A stretch of DNA of 64,000 nt from Octopus sinensis (GCF_006345805.1 NC_042999.1:99820001-99884000); one strand, 5' to 3'; shown: positions 27,657 through 39,878, counted from the stretch's first letter. Notes: a model not told the origin generated them from the sequence alone. A program made the numbers and translations.

Positions 27657-27899
27657 CTATGTATCTATGTACGTGTGTATTTATAGATTATAGAGAGAGA
27701 GAACGTGAGAGAGTGAGAGCGAAAGAGAGTGAAAGAGAGAAATATATAGAATGCTGGCTCTGAAGATTGAATAAAATAATGGGTGGGAGAAAGGAAGAGA
27801 GAGAATTGCTCAATATTTCAATATGTAGAATATCTTAACAATAACTGTTTCTTAAAAAAAAATTATGAATGTTATTCGTCAAATAACCATATATGTAAC

Positions 27900-28083
27900 A
27901 TTGGTTTCAAATTTTGGCACAAGGACTGCAATTTCGGTGGTGAGGGTAAGTTGATTATATCGACCCCAATTCTCAACTTATCGACCCATAAGGATGGAAT
28001 TGAATTCTTTAGAAGGTAAAGACTTACGAAATGATGCTAAGCATTTTGTCCGGAGCGCTAACCACTCTGCCAGCTCGCCGCCT
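27900..28083 (-). mobile_element. Diverged tRNA-derived SINE
   Basis: CTGCCAGCTCGCCGCC head and TTTTGGCACAAGG tail of the same family. Confidence 0.65.
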
Positions 28084-29234
28084 TGACCATATATTCATAC
28101 CCTTTCTAGATGCCTTAGCGTTATATATGAAGTGAAAGAACTTCAAGTGGGAATCGTTATCTTGATTCAAGCAGTAGTTCCTACACAATGACAGCTTTAC
28201 TCTACGATGCTCATCATGAGTAGTTTCTCTCATAAAACAAAAACGTGTATGAGAAAATTAAATACTAGAAGGAACAAGTGCTCTCTTACGCCTGATACTG
28301 AAGTTTTAACGGAACCAGTCCAAATTAAATTCGGGTAATTTTTAGGATCGAATCCAATTACATCGGAAGAGTGGACATTAATTGATATGATTACATTAGA
28401 ATCTTATTTACTCAACACTTTTGCCTTCAAGCTTTCATTGTGCAATGCCTGAATATTTATCTTGTATATCTTTGTTGATAAAGACTGTATTTTGGAAAAT
28501 TGCTCTCTAAAGATATCAGAGATAAAGAAGTAGATAAACAAATAATAACAATGCTAAAATACATTTCCCTAAAACCAAGCTTTCATTTCTTATTTTAACA
28601 TGGTTCACGTATCGATTATTTGTTCGTGTCTTTATCTATGAACGGCAATTCGAAATGTTCCGACATAGAAGACCATGTAACTTCACTTGCTTAGAACTTT
28701 AGATGGGTGAGATGAAAGTTTGAAACCAATAATTTACATTTGTTGTTTGCTAAATGATATTGTCTGCTGTTATAAAAACATAACATCACATGGAGATAGC
28801 GGGTCTGTAAATATGTGTTTCATCAAAATTGTTGGATTTAAAAAAAAAATTACCTCCTATATATATATTTTAGTTATATAAAAGTACAATCAGAGTAGCA
28901 TTTCTCGAAACCTGTCATATTCTTAGCTACAATTATTTGTCATTATCAAAAGTGCACAAATACACACGCATAAACACTTACAAACGCGCATACACACACT
29001 CACACGCACAAACTCACATGTACTCTCTCTCTCTCTCTCACCCACACACATATTCACACACATACGCACAAACAAACAAACAGACAAATGAAAGAGATCA
29101 TATGCTTATATTTGTCATAAATAGTCATACACACTATATAATTTTATATGTGTGATCCATATATCTGACATTCATTGCACAATCAACATCCTTAAGGAAA
29201 TAAAGAAAACTGGAGCAGAAATAGCTACTTAGTT

Positions 29235-29447
29235 TTCCATTAGGATTGTAGCGTTTTTTTAGTTCATTTGTGTTCTGAAAAGATTTAAGAATAAAATTAT
29301 ATAAGCGGTATTTATTTAATCTATTAAAAGCTAGAGGTCTTCGAGAATTTCTGTGGACCACTGAGGTGACAGTTCCATATAAGTTCATTGAATAGAATTT
29401 CAGGAAGTAAAATCTGGAAACCAAGTTGTCATAAAACAGCTATATAT

Positions 29448-29533
<86 letters not shown>

Positions 29534-29539
29534 GATATA

Positions 29540-29570
<31 letters not shown>

Positions 29571-29571
29571 G

Positions 29572-29608
<37 letters not shown>

Positions 29609-29688
29609 ATATACATGCATACATATAATGCAAAACCAATGGTCACCCACTGACCGGTCATAACCAACAGCCTTCTAAGTATATACAC

Positions 29689-29771
<83 letters not shown>

Positions 29772-29990
29772 ATATATATATTCGTTTTAGGACTATTTCG
29801 TTGTTACTTCCTGAAATTCTATCGGATGATATTACATTGGAACTGTCACCTCAGTGATTCACATAAATCTTGAAAACCGCTGTTTTTTTAATAGATTAAA
29901 TAGATATTGTTTATACAATTCACTTCTGAAATGCTTTCGTAATCCGAATGAACGAATAACACTGCAATCTTAAAGCAAAACTGAGTAGCC
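29235..29990. repeat. Diverged inverted pair (~210-bp arms) around a microsatellite spacer
   Basis: CACTGAGGTGACAGTTCC and ATAGAATTTCAGGAAGTA (about 29360-29410) recur as reverse complements at about 29805-29857. Confidence 0.75.
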
Positions 29991-31855
29991 ATTTTTGTTC
30001 GAGTTCTTTTAACCTCCTAAAGGAGGCTGATCATGCAATCAATATATGACTTATATGGATGACATATTTAACGTTATATCATATCCATGAAAACTTCATA
30101 AGAAATATATGTCTAAATAAGTAAATGTATACATGTATATATGTGAACATATATATATGTATATTTATATGTGTATGTATGTATGTATGTATGTATGTAT
30201 GTATGTATGTATGTATGTAGTATGTATGTATGTATGTATGTATGTAAAGAGACGACTTGGATATATATAGTGAAAATAAGTGCACATGCTAATCAGTAGT
30301 CAGCAATGGAAACGATTTTAAGAGAACCAAATTGCACTGTAATTTTATCTGGACTGAAAGTAAACCTCATACCATGACCTATAAATCATATTCTTATTTC
30401 CAGTCATGGAATAAACGTTTCTTCCTGTATTTACAAATAACACACTAAATATATTTCTTTTTTCCTTCCTTTCAGTCTTTCTTTCTCTCTTTCTTTCTTT
30501 CTCCCTTTCTTTCTTCCATTCCTTCCTTTCTTTCGACTAAGTTGGAGTTTTTGGCTCATCGTCGAAATCTATCTTCGTGGTGTCCTATAAGTTCTATAAA
30601 TGTTTTGATAATGGTGTAGCATCCTTTCAATGTGTTGCATAATTTTCTCAGGCGTATCGTTTATTTGTTGAGCATTCAGCTATTTATTTCTTTAAATAAC
30701 TTCTTTCCTTGAACTTTATTTTAAAAACTTCTGCTTCTAGAGTTCACTACTCTGGTCTTGTTTACGAATCTTGTTTATCTCTGGTCTATGGTATTCGTCC
30801 CTCTAAACTTTCTTCAACATCATTTGAAGTTGTAGGCTCCATCTTCTCTTTCTTTGTAGTCTCTCCTGCAAGAGTCGCCTCATATTTTGTTTGGGACAAA
30901 ATAATTAAATATAGTTATATATGTGTGTGTGCATAATAACAATATGCTAAGCAAAAACATTGATTTGCATATGTTGTTGGCGTCTACAAACTTTTTGTTT
31001 GCACTAAATAAAGAAATAGAGAGAAAGTGTGTGTGTGAGAGAGAGGGGGATAAAGTAAGAAAAATGAGAAGACAGAGAATCAGTAATCAAAGGAGCATTC
31101 TATCAAATCAAAACAATTTTACACCAATAAAATGTCATCTGTTGCATTGTTGGATCTTTTTCATTACTGTATATTTGAAATATATGACAAAACGAAAATA
31201 TCGCATACTTAACACGTTTTCTGGTATCATCTTTAAAAAAATAGATAAAAATGTAAACATATTTACATTGAAGGAAAATACTGACAACCCAGACGGAAAG
31301 TTCCGGCAGGATACCGAACACTCCATTTTATTTGGAACGTCTTTTGCTACAAATAAATACATAAGGCAGTAGTAGTTACTGATACTATTTCGTCGATATC
31401 AGCTCTAATTCAGCTGACTTAAAGTAGGAGTTGGTAGCTTTTATGGAAAGAAGGTTCTCAACTTTGTAATATCCCAGCCTCTCACTTGAATGATAGTGAC
31501 TTTGATGGGAATCTATTTCAACTGGGACACGGAGCTAGATCGTAATCTTGGATCACTGGAAACTACTCTCATCTAATTTCAGACATCAAAACAAACATGC
31601 AAGTGCTCCAGAATTCTGCTCTATTTGGATTATCTAATCCGGATAGAGAGGGAGATCAAGGCTTATTAGCTGGCTAACTTTATCATTGAACCTCAGTAGA
31701 AGAAGTATCAACAACAGACAGTATTGTTTGTGTAAATAAATGCCCAAATTAATCCAACAAAGATAACGTTGAGGAAAATGATATCTGCTTCGGACATGAG
31801 TGAAAAACCTGCAGAAAACTGTATAACTAAAACCCCCAAATATATACGACATATA

Positions 31856-31891
<36 letters not shown>

Positions 31892-32085
31892 TGTATGTAT
31901 GTATGTATGTATGTATGTATGTATATGTATATGTATATGTATATATATATATATATAAATATATTCAAAGAGCAATAAAGATTCAAGTTAATTTAAAAAA
32001 ATTTACTTGAATATGGTACCTAACTTAGATGCACCAAAAAAAAACTATACTGATTTAACAATACAGTAATGTGGGGTGATTATAA

Positions 32086-34099
32086 GCGAGAAAGAAGCAA
32101 CAAGAATGGATAGGTTTTTAGTACGATCGTTTCATACAAGGACAGGTTTTATTAAAAGTTGCAAAGATTACAGCATATAAACGAGTCCCGTACTCATCAG
32201 CTAAAATACATGTAAGTTCTCTAGACATCCTAGTGTTTGAGGCTATACTCATGAAGTAATGTAGATAATTAAACAGATTTCTAAAGTTCATTAAGTTCTT
32301 TAAAGGTGATGCATAGTCTTATCACAGAATTTTAAAAAGTGTTGATAGCATCACAGAGAAGGTGACCTAATCCATATGAATTTACATAGATATGATGAGG
32401 GATTATATACTCACAGAAGACAAATTTATCCATTGTTATTAGCATTACAGAGAGGGTGAATTAATCCTTTGTATATATGCACAGATTCCAATGGTGTAGA
32501 TGTAAATTTCCAGAGAAATGGAGATGAATTTCATATTCACAGGCGATAAATTTTACAATGGTGAACACAATGAGGTAGGTACCAATCCTTGTTATATGAT
32601 TAGGTGTTTGCCATATTAATCACATTACTGCATTTCACAAGAGGCTGCAGCTATTTAACTCTTAAAGGTTGAAGGGCTTACTAGATCGGCCAAGAATAGA
32701 GAAGGGAATAGAAGAAAGAGAGAAAATAATGGAGGAGGGGCAAAAAAGGGGGGGGAAAGGGGGACTAAAAGAGAAGAGAAAAGAAACAGAGAATAAGAAG
32801 AAGAAAAAGAAGAAAGAGAAAAGAGAAAGAAATAGGGAAAGAAGGGAAAAAAGAAAAAAAAAAAGAAAAAAGAGGGTTCTAGTTATACAGAAGAGCTAGT
32901 AGACTGTAAGTCTGGTTTTAATCAACAGGCCTAGGAACTGGAGGGGAATATTATTATTCTTTGACCAGTAAACCGTTAATTTATTGCTGTTGAAATCAGC
33001 TATGAGTTTAAAGAGAATCTAAAGAGATAACACAGTCAGGGGTTAAGGGGTCAGATGCTAAAATCACCAGAAAATACATAGGAAATCTAAGTATAATCTT
33101 ATCAAAAAGTCATTAAAAATTTACTTATTTAATTTATTCATTTTATTGTCTTAAGGAGTTGTCGTTATTATTCATACATTGGCCGACTACAGGTCAAATC
33201 TTATAAGATCATTTACAAGGTGTTAGGGGATTGTCTATCCTAATAAAGATAATCATATTATCACCGAGGGAATAGCCTTATTTATTTAATTATGAAATAG
33301 AATTATGGGGCTACAGTAACTAATTATAATTTATTAGAGTTATGCTATTTAAATTAGATTAAGTTAGGAATTAAAATTAAATATTACAATTAAGATTTAA
33401 AATTAAGAATTTAAAAATTGTGAGTTTGAAATTAAATAAAGCCTCAATTAAGTAGCGAATAAGTACTATTCATTTCTCTGTTCTCAGAAAACTGATGTAG
33501 ATATAAGGAAAAAGATAAAGATAACTGTAATGTGAGAACTCTTAGTTATCTACTTAAAGCAGTGCTATACTAGTAGAAATCAATTTATATCTATCTATCT
33601 AGTTATGAATATTCCAATCATTTAAAATATTTTAAAGTCTTCAATTTAGCGTGGACACAAACTTGACCTAGTTCGATATGGTTATTCAATAAGTTTCTAT
33701 GTTTACTATGCTTAGAATTTCGTACGTCTCCATGGAGCATAGTTGACAACCACCCTACTATTTTTATACGGAATTGCTCTCCTAACTATTTCCCAATTAA
33801 GGGTATAATTTTTGTTATTATTTTGAGTTCCCAGATTTTGTTTGAAAGTGTGGTGGTACCAGCTTTATGACGTAATTTAAAAGTCGAGATGTGATTTCTA
33901 ACTCTGGCTAAAAAATTAATTGTACAGCCAATGTAAAAATATTTGTTATTCTCCGTGGATATGGTACATTTATAGATTACATTATTTTCCCTACATAGAC
34001 CAGGTGCCGGGCATTTTGATTTTATTCTACACTTACACACAGGAGGAACAACTTCAGGCCTTGGATTATTCCTGGGTAGATGTTTAAGGTTCCTATTAT
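32086..34099. repeat. Left arm of ~2.0 kb inverted repeat (partner 36948-38964)
   Basis: Direct reverse-complement comparison of segments along both arms; the differences seen are mostly 1-nt indels and changes in the purine-rich tract. Confidence 0.95.
32116..32206 (-). ncRNA. Minimal type I hammerhead ribozyme in the inverted PLE arm
   Basis: Reverse complement of 34295-34385. Confidence 0.8.
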
Positions 34100-34109
34100 C
34101 CCTCATCAT
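33618..34109 (-). pseudogene. Inverted copy of the PLE GIY-YIG domain with an in-frame ATG supplied by the inversion junction
   Basis: ORF 33786-34109 reads MMRDNRNLKHLPRNNPRPEVVPPVCKCRIKSKC..VIY..YIG. It matches 36948-37432 except for three 1-nt deletions in short homopolymers. Confidence 0.85.
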
Positions 34110-34294
34110 ATCTATGTAAATTCATATGGATTAGGTCACCTTCTCTGTGATGCTATCAAAACTTTTTTAAAATTCTGTGATAAGACTATGCATCACCTTT
34201 AAAGAACTTTAATGAACTTTAGAAATCTGTTTATTATCTACATTACTTCATGAGTATAGCCTCAACACTAGGATGTCTAGAGAACTTACATGTA

Positions 34295-34385
34295 TTTTAG
34301 CTGATGAGTACGGGACTCGTTTATATGCTGTAATCTTTGCAACTTTTAATAAAACCTGTCCTTGTATGAAACGATCGTACTAAAA
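34295..34385 (+). ncRNA. Minimal type I hammerhead ribozyme in the PLE 5' pLTR
   Basis: UUUUAG-CUGAUGA-GUACGGGAC(41-nt loop)GUCCUUGUAU-GAAAC-GAUC-GUA-CUAAAA. Stem I is 6 bp; stem III is the palindrome ACGAUCGU; predicted cleavage after A34379. Confidence 0.8.
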
Positions 34386-34587
34386 ACCTATCCATTCTTG
34401 TTGCTTCTTTCTCGCTTATAATCACCCCCATTACTGTATTGTTAAATCAGTATAGTTTTTTTTTTGGTGCATCTAAGTTAGGTACCATATTCAAGTAAAT
34501 TTTTTTAAATTAACTTTATCTTATTGCTCTTTGAATATATTCCCATACAGTCTGTATGTTTTTCTGGTACTTAATTTCTCAACAAGA

Positions 34588-37432
34588 ATGGAAAAAGTAA
34601 ACATTAAGTTCTCCCCTAAAGACATCCCCTTACATAGTATAGATGAATATAATTGGCTTCTCATTCATAGGATTAACGATTTCATTAGAAGAATCAGGTG
34701 GAAAACGTACCATTTTGATGTCAAACAGAAGAAGAAACCTCAGGAAATGAATAAAAAAACCGAAAAGAATTTTAGAAGAATTTTTAAAAGTAGAAAAAGC
34801 CCACCTCAGAACCCATTCCTGGAGAACTTGAGAAAGACTTGCTGAATCTTATAGATGATATTAGCTTCAAGGAAACCAAGACACCGTTAGATATAACCCT
34901 CCTTAGACACCTTAGGAACTTTATTCAGTCCACCCGTGCAAACATGGAATCCTAGTACCAGCAGATAAAACGGGTAATATGTATAGAGTTGATTACGATA
35001 TTTATAGCAAATTAATTAGGAAAGAACTAAACTCCAAATATAAAATTACAACTAAGAACAATTTGAAAAAAGTAAACATGGAAATGAAAGAGATCATGGA
35101 GAAACTAAATTTAACAGATAGAACGGAGCCACTTAAACCCTGTGAGCCCAGGATCAACCTTAAAGACCACAAAAAGGACTTCTTGGATAACCCTTCAGTA
35201 AGGCTGATCTGTCCAACTAAGTCGGACATTGGCCGACTTAGTAAATCTATCCTGGATACTGTTCTACCCCAAATAACCCCTCTTCTCCCCTTAAACCTAT
35301 GGCTAAGTACCGACGAAGTTCTAAAATGGTTTAACTCTCTAACTAATACTAGTAGTCTGTCCTTTATTCAGTTCGATATTAATAGTTATTACTCTAGCAT
35401 TTCCCCTATCTTACTCAACAAATCACTAATATTTGCCATGAATCGCTCCCTCATAACTAGAGAAGAAATCAATATTGTGCTACTAGCTAGGAAGACATTT
35501 ATTGAATTTGAAGATAAATTATGGACTAGAGCAGATACACCAAATTTTTTTGATATACCAATGGGTTCCAGTGATTCGGCTGAGGTAACCAACCTAGTAG
35601 GCGCATATCTATTAAAATGCATAAGCAAGGATATCCCAGAAATACAGGGGGGTCTATATAGAGATGATGCTCTGTTTGTTATCCCTAGTAATAATAAATC
35701 TGTTATAGAAAGGATTAGAAAGAAATTAATAAGTTCTTTAAGGATTTCAACCTCAGTATAACGTATGAACCGGGCACTAAAATAGCTAATTTCCTAGATA
35801 TTACCCTAGACCTTAACTCCAAGCTACATTACCCATTTAGAAAGGAAGGCGAAGTCACGAATTACGTAAATAAATTATCAAATCATCCCCCAAATATAAT
35901 AGAATCTTTAGTAAGAAATATTTCATTAAGAATTTCAAAATTATCATCCAATAAGGATATATTTAACTCCCATTCTGAGCATTATAATGCGGCGTTAACT
36001 AAGGCTGGATACAACCAAAAGATTACATTCGTTGATGGGGAGAACTCACGTATTCCTAATAATGAAGTTATCAGTAATCAAGTAAGCAGCAAAAAAGACC
36101 AAACCCGAAATAAAAGTAGAATTAAATTAACGGTAAACGCCAATCTAGAGTACAGGCCCAACAATTCAAATAGAAGCATTGACCAGAACATAGGTAACTC
36201 GGATAAGATTGAAGTAGATAAACCTAAGATGCACACAAATAAAATAAAAATAATGGTAATAAATACAATAACTCCGGTGAGATGAATAGTAGTAATTCTA
36301 CGAACCCTAAATTTATAAAAAAGATATATTATGGCTGAATATTCCTTTCAACTGTGCGATACAATCGGATATACAGAACAAATTCAAAGTAATTCTGGAA
36401 AAAAATTTCCCTATCTCTCATAGATATCATAGAATTATTTCTAGGAAAACAGTTAGGATTTCTTATTCAACCCTCCCAAATATGTCCACTTTAATAGCTA
36501 AAATTAATAATAACAACATTAAACTAGCCAGGAAAGATAGAAATAAAAATAATAATATCAGAATGAATACCAATAGCAATAACAATAATACTACCAACAA
36601 TAAAAAACAATAGGAACTATCAAAACATAGGTGAAATTAGTAACCACAGAATGACTAATAACATTAACATTAATAGTAATAATAACAATGCCGATATTAA
36701 TAGAAGTAATATTGTTAATAATAGAAATAATAGAAATAAGGCTAATGGAGAAAATAAGGAGAATGAAAATATCAGTGATATCTATAACAATAATATACAG
36801 TTGGATAAAAAGACTAACAATAATATAACATTACGAATAATATAAGAAATCTTGGTAGGACTTTACGCCTAAATGATGAAACGGAAGGATCAATAAATAA
36901 TAACAATACTTTAGATATCAGTACCAACTATAGAAATGATAATCAAAATAATAGGAACCTTAAACATCTACCCAGGAATAATCCAAGGCCTGAAGTTGTT
37001 CCTCCTGTGTGTAAGTGTAGAATAAAATCAAAATGCCCGGCACCTGGTCTATGTAGGGAAAATAATGTAATCTATAAATGTACCATATCCACGGAGAATA
37101 ACAAATATTTTTACATTGGCTGTACAATTAATTTTTTAGCCAGAGTTAGAAATCACATCTCGACTTTTAAATTACGTCATAAAGCTGGTACCACCACACT
37201 TTCAAACAAAATCTGGGAACTCAAAAATAATAACAAAAATTATACCCTTAATTGGGAAATAGTTAGGAGAGCAATTCCGTATAAAAATAGTAGGGTTGGT
37301 TGTCAACTATGCTCCATGGAGACGTACGAAATTCTAAAGCATAGTAAACATAGAAACTTATTGAATAACCATATCGAACTAGGTCAAGTTTGTGTCCACG
37401 CTAAATTGAAGACTTTAAAATATTTTAAATGA
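34588..37432 (+). CDS. PLE polyprotein (RT + Asn-rich linkers + GIY-YIG endonuclease), about 950 codons, broken by several 1-nt frameshifts
   Basis: MEKVNIKFSPKDIP..RRIRWK N-terminus; PADKTGNMY; LKDHK..NPSVRLICPTKSDIG; FIQFDINSYYSSI; FDIPMGSSDSAEVTNLVG; GLYRDD; NFLDITLDL; SNHPP; WLNIPFN..SYSTLPNM; then CKC..CP..LC..VIY..YIG..R..H..CQLC..E..LLN..CVH. Pieces are ORFs 34531-34845, 34979-35761, 36651-36845 and 37007-37432 plus unlisted frames. Confidence 0.88.
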
Positions 37433-38843
37433 TTGGAATATTCATAACTAGATAGATAGATATAACTTGATTTCTACTAGTATAGCACTGCTTTAAGTAG
37501 ATAACTAAGAGTTCTCACATTACAGTTATCTTTATCTTTTTCCTTATATCTACATCAGTTTTTGAGAACAGAGAAATGAATAGTACTTATTCGCTACTTA
37601 ATTGAGGCTTTATTTAATTTCAAACTCACAATTTTTAAATTCTTAATTTTAAATCTTATTGTAATATTTAATTTTAATTCCTAACTTAATCTAATTTAAA
37701 TAGCATAACTCTAATAAATTATAATTAGTTACTGTAGCCCCATAATTCTATTTCATAATTAAATAAATAAGGCTATTCCCTCGGTGATAATATGATTATC
37801 TTTATTAGGATAGACAATCCCCTAACACCTTGTAAATGATCTTATAAGATTTGACCTGTAGTCGGCCAATGTATGAATAATAACGACAACTCCTTAAGAC
37901 AATAAAATGAATAAATTAAATAAGTAAATTTTTAATGACTTTTTGATAAGATTATACTTAGATTTTCCTAATGTATTTTCTGGTGATTTTAGCATCTGAC
38001 CCCTTAACCCCTGACTGTGTTATCTCTTTAGATTCTCTTTAAACTCATAGCTGATTTCAACAGCAATAAATTAACGGTTTACTGGTCAAAGAATAATATA
38101 TTCCCCTCCAGTTCCTAGATGCCTGTTGATTAAAACCAGACTTACAGTCTACTAGCTCTTCTGTATAACTAGAACCCTCTTTTTTCTTTTTCTTTTTTTT
38201 TTTTCCCTTCTTCCCTATTTCTTTCTCTTTTCTCTTTCTTCTTTTTCTTTTCTTATTCTCTGTTTCCTTTTCTCTCTCTTTTAGTCCCCCTTTCCCCCCC
38301 CCTTTTTTGCTCCCTCCTCATTATTTTCTCTCTTTTCTTCTATTCCCTTCTCTATTCTTGGCCGATCTAGTAAGCCCTTCAACCTTTAAGAGTTAAATAG
38401 CTGCAGCCTCTTGTGAATAGCAGTAATGTGATTAATATGGCAAACCTAATCATATAACAAGGATTGGTACCTACCTCATTGTGTTCAACCATTGTAAAAT
38501 TTATCGCCTGTGAATATGAAATTCATCTCCATTTCTCTGGAAATTTACATCTACACCATTGGAATCTGTGCATATATACAAAGGATTAATTCACCCTCTC
38601 TGTAATGCTAATAACAATGGATAAATTTGTCTTCTGTGAGTATATACCCTCATCATATCTATGGAAATTCATATGGATTAGGTCACCTTCTCTGTGATGC
38701 TATCAAAACTTTTTTAAAATTCTGTGATAAGACTATGCATCATCTTTAAAGAACTTTAATGAACTTTAGAAATCTGTTTAATTATCTACATTACTTCATG
38801 AGTATAGCCTCAAACACTAGGATGTCTAGAGAACTTACATGTA

Positions 38844-38934
38844 TTTTAGCTGATGAGTACGGGACTCGTTTATATGCTGTAATCTTTGCAACTTTTAATA
38901 AAACCTGTCCTTGTATGAAACGATCGTACTAAAA
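38844..38934 (+). ncRNA. Minimal type I hammerhead ribozyme in the PLE 3' pLTR
   Basis: Same sequence as 34295-34385; predicted cleavage after A38928. Confidence 0.8.
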
Positions 38935-39878
38935 ACCTATCCATTCTTGTTGCTTCTTTCTCGCGTATATATAAATATATGTATATGTATATATATATGT
39001 GTGTATATATATATGTATGTATGTATATATATATATATATATATATAATGTGTGTATGTGTGTGTGTGCGTGTGTGTGTATTGGAGACTGTTTGAAATCT
39101 TTGCTACAGTTAGGTGTATTTGAAAAACGAAAATAATGACTTCACTGGTAGTTGTAATCAATTTAATCTTCTAATATAATTTTACAGTTTGGTTTGTAGA
39201 TTTAAGTTCTTTGTTAACATCGGTAAGATTTTTATAAAGATTCCTTGTTAACTTTTCCGGAGCACTTTCTCGCATTCGTCGGCGGCGGTTGTCACACTGA
39301 TCTGAGGTTGTGTTGTGCTGTGTGATTCTAAATATAAGAGACTTGGGTATGTCCGGGGTGGGGCTGGGGTTTGTTAGTAAGTATGAGAGTGAATGAGTGT
39401 TGATAAACCAGAGCTGAAAGAAAATAGTGAATAGAGAAAACAAGATAACTGGTTGATGGTGGAGTCGGGAGGTGGTGGGGTATTTAAGAAATGTTTTATG
39501 AAGGGCTTGTGAAAGTTTCCTTCTGTTGGTTCTATTTGAATAGTTGACCTTTAGTGAAAAATATAATGGTCAAATGTTTTTCAAATTCTCTTATGTCTGA
39601 ATCAACTATATCAATTTCATATAGAGAAGCTTCAGTAATTTTCTATGTTAAAGATAAGTTTGTGTGTCTGGCGGGGATGGTGGGTTTAATGAGGTTTAAG
39701 ATACATGTCTTTTGATTTAAAGGGGGATGACAACAGAGAGAAAGATATAAGGTTAATATTTATACATAAACGAATATATATATATATATGTATATTCCAC
39801 TACCTGGAATCGAACTCGGAATCTCAGGGTTAGTAGCCCGCACTCCATATGTCCACCATATGTCCACGGGCACTGACC

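Larger units (their letters stand above)
31959..38964 (+). mobile_element. Penelope-like retroelement (EN+, C-terminal GIY-YIG) with a 5' inverted duplication, flanked by (TA/TATG)n microsatellites
   Basis: RT and GIY-YIG motifs in 34588-37432. 32086-34099 is the reverse complement of 36948-38964. 34100-34540 repeats the 3' pseudo-LTR and matches 31959-32401 inverted. Both outer ends abut simple repeats. HHR motif in each pLTR copy. Confidence 0.93.

Noticed and set aside
32669-32899. Lys/Glu/Arg-rich 76-aa ORF
   Set aside because: Translation of the purine-rich tract in the inverted PLE 3' UTR.
34414-34587. Possible pLTR intron upstream of the PLE start codon
   Set aside because: Several GT/AG candidates and none distinguishable without transcripts.
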